A stretch of 64,000 nt of DNA from Octopus vulgaris (taxonomy: Eukaryota), in contig OX597816.1 of assembly GCA_951406725.2 (NCBI GenBank), positions 44,702,001 to 44,766,000 of the forward strand, in the 5' to 3' direction. This document shows positions 55,050 through 64,000 of the stretch, piece after piece. A program made the translations under genes and the position numbers. Numbering within the stretch: the stretch's first letter is position 1; each line of letters opens with the position of its first letter. The notes under the pieces are model-generated. The model had not been told where the DNA came from, did no database searches, and was given only the letters and a program-made list of their open reading frames with translations.

Positions 55050-55599
55050 ATTGTTGTGTTGGTTTCCTCTGCAAATGAAAACAAAAAGAAAGACTTGGGT
55101 CAAAATTGAATGTCTAAACTTTAAAGCAATTTTATTTTTAACTCTAACTTGAAAATAATTTTAGAATCTGAAGCAATTAAGGATACAGATCAATACAGTG
55201 AATCGAATTTTTTGAACACAGTAGCTTTCAACCTTTTTGACCGTTATTGATCATAAAATATTTTTAGTAAAATTTATTAATCTGAACGGAAATTATTCTC
55301 AAAATAAACATTTTGGACATATAAGAAGCTTGACGTTATGTGAATTTGTCATATTCATTTCTTTGATCTGAATTAACGAAGTTTTCATCCGTCATTCTTT
55401 CTCATACCTTTTCGATTATTCACTCGCTCTTGCTAAATCGGTCTGCGATGTCTGTGTGTGCGTTCCAGCGTGAGTGTGTAGGGGGGGGGCATGTGTTTCT
55501 ATATGCGTGCGTGTATACATGTGCGTATGCTTGTAAGAGTGTTGATGAATGCAATAATAAGCATATATGCATGAAAATATTCTTATATATACAAATATA

Positions 55600-55638
<39 letters not shown>

Positions 55639-55799
55639 GCATATATATACGCATATATATATGTCCGTGAGTGTATATATATATATATATATATATGTAC
55701 TTATATATATAGTGTGTGTGCGTGTGTATATGTGTATGTACAAATATATATGTGAGTATATAGTTATGTATATATATATATATTTATAGATATACATAC

Positions 55800-55859
<60 letters not shown>

Positions 55860-55863
<4 letters not shown>

Positions 55864-56139
55864 CGCAATGGCCCAGTGGTTAGGGCAGCGGATTCGCGAT
55901 CGTAGGATCGCGGTTTCGATTCCCAGACCGGGCGTTGTGAGTGTTTATTGAGCGAAAACACCTAAAAGCTCCACGAGTCTCCGGTAGGGGGGGGGTGATC
56001 CCTGGTGTACTCTTTCATCACTCTTTCTCCCATTATTTCTTCTGTTGGCGTCATTCGAAGGCTAAAAAACAATGCGAACGCATTGTGACCAGCGATATGT
56101 AACTACATCTGATGGACTGGTCGGTCACGTGATCACGTG

Positions 56140-56145
<6 letters not shown>
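55860..56145 (+). mobile_element. SINE-C with alternative tail ending in CACGTGA repeats
   Basis: Head nearly identical to 34692-35074; diverges after ctttctc. Confidence 0.88.
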
Positions 56146-56193
<48 letters not shown>

Positions 56194-56243
56194 AGCTCTT
56201 ACAGTTATATATAAAATAACACATATATGTATACGTATGCGTG

Positions 56244-56324
<81 letters not shown>

Positions 56325-56325
56325 C

Positions 56326-56386
<61 letters not shown>

Positions 56387-56388
<2 letters not shown>

Positions 56389-57667
56389 GAGTGGGGAAGC
56401 AAAACTTGGAATATTTTGGAATCTTTATTTTTCATATATTCCTGAGCGTAAATACTAAAATGTTATTTTCTATTTCAGAGTGGAGGTATATAGAGTTAAT
56501 TTAAGAAAAGGTTCCCAGTAATACGATCTAGCATGTATATTCAAGAAGCCAAGCGACAACGCATTGCAGATTTGCTTCATGCCGAGGTTGCAGTTACACA
56601 TATTTCTGAGACTGTCGGGGCCCCTGTGAACAGTGTCTCCAGCGTTAAGAACCGAATGCCTGATATAGGAAGCATGAAGAGAAAGCGAGGAAGTGGAGGC
56701 ATAAATAAAAAGTGGGATAATGCATTTCTTAAATCTCTCAAAGCCGAAATTTCAAAAGACTCAACAACATCCATGAGAAAACTGTCTATGGACATGAAAT
56801 TTGATCCAAAGACCATCAGAACTGCTGTACACATTGATTTACAGTTGGGGTCATATGGGAGGACCCCGAAGCACCTGTTGGTCCATGCAACGTAAGCCAG
56901 AAGGCATGAACGTGCCAAAAAAGTGTTGCGATACCTGAAGCACAATGGATGCACCGTCAAAATCTATCCAGATGAAAAAATCTTTACTGTTGATGCTGTT
57001 TTAAACTGTAGCAATGTTCGATACGTTGCTAAGTCACCTTCTGAAGTAAAGGGCGTCTTTAGGATCAAGCACCCAGCTCAAATCATGGTACTCGGAGTCG
57101 TGGCAGCTGACGGAAAAAAAGATGCCTCCCAATTTTTTCAAGTCTGGGGAAAAGTTGAGTGCTGAATTTTATTATAAGGTCCTACGGTACAGGATTTTGC
57201 TTTGGCTGAAATCTAATTACCCCAACGATAATTATGTGTAGACCCAAGGTGGTGCTCCTGCTCATACGGCGAAGAAAGTGCAGAAATTCTGCGAAGACAA
57301 CTTCACCAACTTTTGGCCTGCCAACTTCTGGCCTTCTTCCAGCCCAGATTTGAACCCCTTGGACTATGCCATATGGGGCAAATTGGAGCATTCTACCAAC
57401 AGAACTTCGCATCCAAGTGTTGATCACTTTAAACAAGTCCTGAGGGAAGAGTAGGACATGTCTGAGTACTTCATCATTAAGAATTGTGATGCCTTCAGGT
57501 GGGGTGCGAAGGCTGTGGTAGACAATGAAGGTAGACATCTTGAATAAATTGTTTCTTTATACCCCTGTAAACTTGTGTTAGAATTATATCTATGTCAGGT
57601 TGATGGCTATTGTAACATAAACAATTTGGTAAATTATCTATTATTTTCAAAGTTTTGTTTCCCCACC

Positions 57668-57670
<3 letters not shown>
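56387..57670 (+). mobile_element. Full-length inactive Tc1/mariner transposon, DD37D (maT-type), 1284 bp
   Basis: TIRs CAGAGTGGGGAAGCAAAACTT / AAGTTTTGTTTCCCCACCCTG in (TA)n context. Confidence 0.93.
56533..57547 (+). pseudogene. DD37D transposase pseudogene
   Basis: N-terminal HTH region; IYPDEKIF (D1); TQGGAPAH (D2 changed to G); 37 residues to SPDLNPLD (D3); stops at ~56893 and ~57239, frameshift in the A-run at ~57120; ends DNEGRHLE*. Confidence 0.9.
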
Positions 57671-57739
<69 letters not shown>

Positions 57740-57744
57740 GTATG

Positions 57745-57796
<52 letters not shown>

Positions 57797-57877
57797 TAAA
57801 TTGCAGATGAATTAGGTACCTAAGTTGAAGCGCCAAGTCAGTCCGGTATTTTCCGCACAACTCGAAGTAAGGTGAAT

Positions 57878-58005
57878 AAAATCAAAATAAGTAATAGGAT
57901 GTTAAGTAGTAATGCAGTACGTCCGTTCCGAGCGGCTCCATTTAATTGAAAAATGTAATCATTACATCAATTTGAATACAGCGCTATCTTGTGCTGCACA
58001 AAATA
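57878..58005. repeat. Third copy of the 14736/15549 repeat
   Basis: aaaatcaaaataagtaatagga...ccatttaattgaaaaatgtaatcattacatcaa. Confidence 0.8.
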
Positions 58006-58344
58006 TGTATTTTCAACAGACAAGATATATTAATATAATTCTCCTTAAATATTTTAACAGAGCAAGAAGATGGGAGAATTTGATGCTATCACTATTGCAG
58101 CAAGAATAGTTAAGAGAAGAACAAACTACAATTTTTAGAGTGGCATGGAAAACAGTAGTGGCCATAGGGTTGTAATTAATTTCCTATTTAACTCTCTCCT
58201 TTTCATCAGCAAAAATCTAGAAGACTGTATACATTTAGAATAAAGATCAAAGTGTGTTGACAGATCATAGCTGGCTTTTGGTCATAAATTTCATACTGCC
58301 GCAAGTCCCTCTAACCCACAAAAAAAAAAAGAAACAAAACTTTA

Positions 58345-58587
58345 GAAAGAGTCATCTCAAAGCTCGCCGTTTTAATACCGTTCTCAAGATCCAAAGTGAA
58401 CCGCAGAGGGTCCTCGACTCGCTTACGGAAAACTACTTTCAAGCCGGATTCCAAAAGTGGCAGGAACGATAGAACGGGTGTTTTGCTACACAAGGTATTT
58501 TGAACGAGATGATTTTAAAACTTAAGTAAATAAGTTTTTTTTTTTTACTAAACATAACTAGTCCAGGAATCTTATGAGACCACCTCG
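58345..58587 (+). mobile_element. Mariner 3' remnant with right TIR
   Basis: HLKARRFNTV..IQ......LDSLTENYFQAGFQKWQER (mariner C-terminus); ends CACCTCG|TA. Confidence 0.8.
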
Positions 58588-58789
58588 TAATTTGGGGCGA
58601 ACTTACATCAATACAAAGCTATAATTTGATGCGAGGTGACATATATTGGTGAAAGGATGCAATGTTTATGTTACGCCGTCACTTAGATGCAGTGTTACAT
58701 ATTTAGTAGCAAAGTCACATACTTGAGTGTAAGGGTACAAACTAAGGTACTAGATCATATGCTTAAGTGGATAGCCATATTTGATTAAC

Positions 58790-59290
58790 AGGTACTTATG
58801 TAATCGATCCCAGAAGGGGAAAAGGCAAGGCTGACTCTTTAGGGATTTCAAATTAGAACATAAATGAATATATATTTATATATCCTCGTTTCAAATTTTG
58901 GCTTAAAGCTAGAAATTTTGAGGGAGGGGTTAAGTCGGTCACATCAACCCTAGTACTCAACTGGTACTTATTTTATCAACCCAAAAGATAAATGTTAAAG
59001 TCGACCTCAGCGGTGGAATTTTTTCCGGTGCGGTAACGATAGTGCCTGCTCACCGCATTGCATGATATAGATAAATATTGTTTTGAAATTTTGACACAAG
59101 GCCAGAAATTTCGGGGAAGGTGTAAGTCGATTAAATCGACCCCAGTACTCAACTGGTATTTATTTCACCGACCCCGAAAGGCTGAAAGGGAAAGTCAACC
59201 TCGGCAGAATTTGGTCTCAGAACGTAGCGCCGGATGAAATCCCACTAAATATTCTACCCAGCGCTCTAACGATTCTGTCGGCTCGCCATC
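58790..59290 (-). mobile_element. Cluster of about three SINE-A copies
   Basis: Repeated aagtcg.t..atc.acc..agtactcaactggta and aaagtc.acctc.gc cores. Confidence 0.8.
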
Positions 59291-61390
59291 TGTTAGGAAA
59301 TAAATAGATAATATTGCAAAGAATTTTGAACAATTTTCTATCGTTCCTGTAGGAGATATATCGTAAAAAACGGTCTAAACATTCATATGACTTTAACACA
59401 GAAAGTAGATTGCTTTCAACTGTTTTGCTGCACTTCTACTACTCTCATGATCTTGGATCTTAAGAGAAATTATTACCATAAAAGAGAAATACTATGAACC
59501 AAAAGGAAGACGGTGAGCTCGTAAAATGTGTTATCTGGTCTGCTTTTTTTGTTTTCTTGTTTTCTTACATTCTGTATTCAAATTCTACAGAGATTAACTT
59601 GGCTTCTCATCTGTTTGGGGGATCAATAAAAATAAGTACCAGTCAATATACAGGTGAAGGGAAGGAAGAAAGGGGGCGAGCTGGCAGAATCGTTAGCACG
59701 CCGCCCCTATACCTATATCAGAAACTATTATTTCCAACAAAGACACATATTTCAGGAAGTTGTTAATCACTTCCACTATTAACTAGTACTGTATTTATTT
59801 GACACAGGAAGGAGAAAAAATTAAAATGAGCTCGGTGAGATTTGAACTCGAAATGTAAAGAGCCCAAAGAGCGTAAGGCAGCAGCACGCGGCCACAGTAT
59901 GCAGTGAGAGGTGGTGATTGAATTTGAGCATATTTATTCATTCATTCATTATTCTATTTCTCTCATTAACTTCAATTTATATCTGTGAGTTAGTCCAAGT
60001 ATTGAAACCAGACTGTTTGTGTAGCGAACAACCAAAATGGCTGATCGCTAGCTTAAATGATTTTTCTTACAAGAAAGCTGCCTCTATCAAATATTTATTT
60101 GTTTATTTGATCTTGTTATGGATTTATCTCATCCTTTCTCTCTTTACTTCGTTTTATATTTAGTTTTAGAACTCTGCACTAAGATTAGTGTGGCCTATAA
60201 ATGTCTTTGACTATGATTTCCAATAGTTTTATGAGATAGTGTACTTCTGGCGTACGCTGGCGGGAAGCAAAATCGAAAGTCATTTGGTTATATAGCCGCT
60301 CTGCTCCAACGTTTCTTACGTATCGCTTTACTTTCGGTACGACACATTTGTAGATCAAATATCTTTCAGCATATTTCTAAATTCCTTTATTTCCATTTGA
60401 ATAATAATCTGTTGGTTTCTCCGTAGTCTTTGAGAAATGAACTCAAACTGACCGTGCATAATTCTACCGAGCTCATACGGTATTTCCTACTGATAGTTAT
60501 AGCTATTAAACGCTGTGGCGTGACATAAACGGCAGAGAGTCGGTCAAAATTCTTTCCGCTATTTAGCTTACTTTCTTTTGCGTTTTCTATTCAAATACCT
60601 CCGGGCTCAACTTTGCTGTTCATTCCTCAAAGGTCGATAAAATAAGTACCTGATAAATACTGGGTTAGATTCAATCGACTTAGGCCTCATTTCTTTACAA
60701 ATGGATGACATTGTACAAATGGGGAAAAAAATCAATAATCATCGGTATTAGCTTCTTTTATGATAATGCCAACCAGTTTGTTCCATCAACTTTTCTATTT
60801 ATAACCTATTTTAAGACTTACTATTCATTTTTAAACAGCATTCTTTTGGCTTCTTTTAGCAAAATGATATTTTAGTTAAATCTTTTTTTTCTTTCAGTCT
60901 AAATGTTTTGTTCATTTTTACACCATTTAAGAACAGTAACAACTGTACATTTTCTGCCTCTTAGATTTTCGTCTGTGTGTCTATATTACATTATGGTTAT
61001 GCTTGAATTTTTTTATCTTTTTTCGGCTTTTTAAAAAAAATGTTTTCGTATTTCTTATTTATTTCCTGGCTTCTTTCTGTCGGTGTCAGAGTTTGCCTCA
61101 AGACTTTGGCTGGAGAATTATCTCTCTCAAGTGCACAGGATTTCGATATTACTTTATTTAAATGCAGACGACGTGTGGGAAAATGTCTCTTGCAAACTTT
61201 TAAAACACTAACACTTTGAAACGTTACATTTTGAGAGATTGTATTTCAACTTTTATTTGTGGGTATTGTCTTTCTCAGTCCCAAATAGATATTATCAGTT
61301 TGCTCTGATCATTATTGAAATATCTTTGGTAGGTTCGCGATACTGACTTAAAATTGTCTATGTTCTCGTTAATAACATTTATCTTATAAA

Positions 61391-61606
61391 AGGCGGCGAG
61401 CCAGCAGAATCGTTAACACACCGAACAAAATGCTTAGCGGCATTTCGTCTGTCTGCACGTTCTGGGTTCAAATTCTGCCGAGGTCGACTTTGCCTTTCAT
61501 CTTTTCGGAGGTCGATAAATTAAGTACCAGTTGAACACTGGGGTCGATGTAATCGACAAGCACCCTCTCTCAAACTTCCTGGCCTTGTGCCAAAATTTGA
61601 AACCAA
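61391..61606 (+). mobile_element. SINE-A, full length
   Basis: GGCGGCGAGCCAGCAGAATCGTTAAC...GGGTTCAAATTC...GCCTTTCATC...GGTCGATAAATTAAGTACCAG...GGCCTTGTGCCAAAATTTGAAACC. Confidence 0.92.
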
Positions 61607-62253
61607 TATTTATTCATGTACTTGTTACAGTCATGTGATAATTACACCTGATTGTAATGGGTACATTCTTGAAATGTCACCGTGGAACAAAGGTTGAATC
61701 TGTTCACCAAATACATAAAATTTACCGTATAATACTAAACAGGTTGAGCATCCTCATTGATAAAACCTATGCACTATTTATTATAACTTCAGTAGGAGGC
61801 CGCAAATATATAGCCCTAATATAGTTTGGAGTATTTATTTAACGGGTTTAACATAGGAATTATAATAACATATTCTAATTTGATAGAAGCAAATGAAATT
61901 TGTAACACATACTACAGAATATATACATCTACATAAAGATTATCGATACATATCGATATACACATCGTTGTCACATACTGTATGTGTTTTGTTTATGCGT
62001 TCATTGTCTTGCCTCGTTTGAGGTAATCAGTGTTTTTTTCAACGCTCGGCGTCTTAAAAGATTTCTTTCCTCTGACGCTCGCTTTCCTTCATACAATGAC
62101 CGCAGAACGTAGCGACGGATGAAATCGCACTAAGCATTCTACCCGGCGCGCTAACGGGGACGTGAAACTCTGAGTAACAGTTTCTTGGATATTTCTGCTA
62201 CCTTAAATAAAGTATATATATATACTCACACACGCACACACACACACACATAG

Positions 62254-62314
<61 letters not shown>

Positions 62315-62317
<3 letters not shown>

Positions 62318-62725
62318 TCTTTTACTCTTTTACTTGTTTCAGTCATTTGACTGCGGCCATGCTGGAGCACCGCCTTTAGTCGAGCAAATCGACCCCGGGA
62401 CTTATTCTTTGCAAGCCCAGTACTTATTCTATCGGTCTCTTTTTCCGAACTGCTAAGTGACGGGGACGTAAACACACCAGCATCGGTTGTCAAGCAATGC
62501 TAGGGGGACAAACACAGACACACAAACATACAAACACACACTTACATATATATACATATATACGACAGGCTTCTTTCAGTTTCCGTCTACCAAATCCACT
62601 CACAAGGCATTGGTCGGCCCGGGGCTATAGCAGAAGACACTTGCCCAAGGTGCCACGCAGTGGGACTGAACTCAGAACCATGCGGTTGGTAAACAAGCTA
62701 CTTACCACACAGCCACTCCTGCGCC
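62315..62725 (-). mobile_element. SINE-B, full length, young, within (TA)n
   Basis: Shares subfamily variants with 19295-19757. Confidence 0.95.
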
Positions 62726-62762
<37 letters not shown>

Positions 62763-62897
62763 TATATATTATATATTATATATATATATATATAATATAT
62801 ACATGTTTATGTGTGTGTGTGTGTCGAAAGTAAAAATATGTGATTTATACCTGCGTTAAACTTCATTTATTTATTCATATATATATATATTGTCTGT

Positions 62898-63422
<525 letters not shown>

Positions 63423-64000
63423 TAAGACTACATAGTCAAATTGGTCCTTTTCCTGATTTAAACCAGGAGGTATGATTTGAGGAACATTTGGCCGCCGCTG
63501 TGACCATGTAGAAGCTGAGATATGTTCGAATCGCCTTAAATACGGGTAAAAATTATTAGACAGAGATATCTCTCCCCTTCTCTCGCATTTTGTATTTCAT
63601 GCTGTAGGAAAGGTGATTAATATAAGGTGATGTACGAAGAATGATTTACATCGGAAGGATATAGTGGACACTGGATGGGAGATCTGTCAGTGTTTCGATA
63701 ATATACATAAATATATTTACATCATCTGCTACAAGATTTTTTTCGTCGTCTTCAATATTAGATATAAAATTATAAGGATTTTAAATACAGAAATATATTA
63801 GTACAAGCCTAAATACCTTTTTATATTATTAATACAGGAATTGGTGTCAATGTCTTTTTTGCCTCTTTTAACATATTACACAGTTTTGAATTGTTAAAGA
63901 AGTTTAGGATCAATTGTTAGTACTTGATAAGAAAAACTTCTGTATTATTCAATTGGTTCCTCATCATAAGAAATGGATATTGAACTAACTGCCAGCATAA

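Noticed and set aside
55860-55935. tRNA-Arg gene (also ~35000-35072)
   Set aside because: tRNA-like A/B boxes continue into a shared SINE body; no proper acceptor stem or terminator.

Overview
AT-rich, repeat-saturated eukaryotic non-coding DNA. The SINE families and the extreme (TA)n/(CA)n/(GATA)n/(TATG)n load look like a coleoid cephalopod, probably Octopus (inferred from pattern recognition, not from a search). I find no intact host protein-coding gene, and almost all ORFs in the track are microsatellite read-throughs. The window holds three tRNA-headed SINE families (called A, B and C here), decayed LINEs (Tx1/L1, CR1, RTE, R4/Dong), Penelope-like remnants, Tc1/mariner elements (including a full-length dead DD37D element), MITEs and non-autonomous Helitrons/HINEs. 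Main observations: (1) a near full-length U6 snRNA fused to a SINE and inserted as one unit with a 10-bp TSD; (2) minimal hammerhead-ribozyme motifs in inverted repeats, one with an apparent compensatory A3:U8 core (ATGATTA); (3) a 34-bp minisatellite derived from a SINE segment; (4) SINE/LINE 3'-tail sharing visible within the window; (5) several local inverted duplications. All alignments and translations were done by eye, so ends of decayed elements are approximate.
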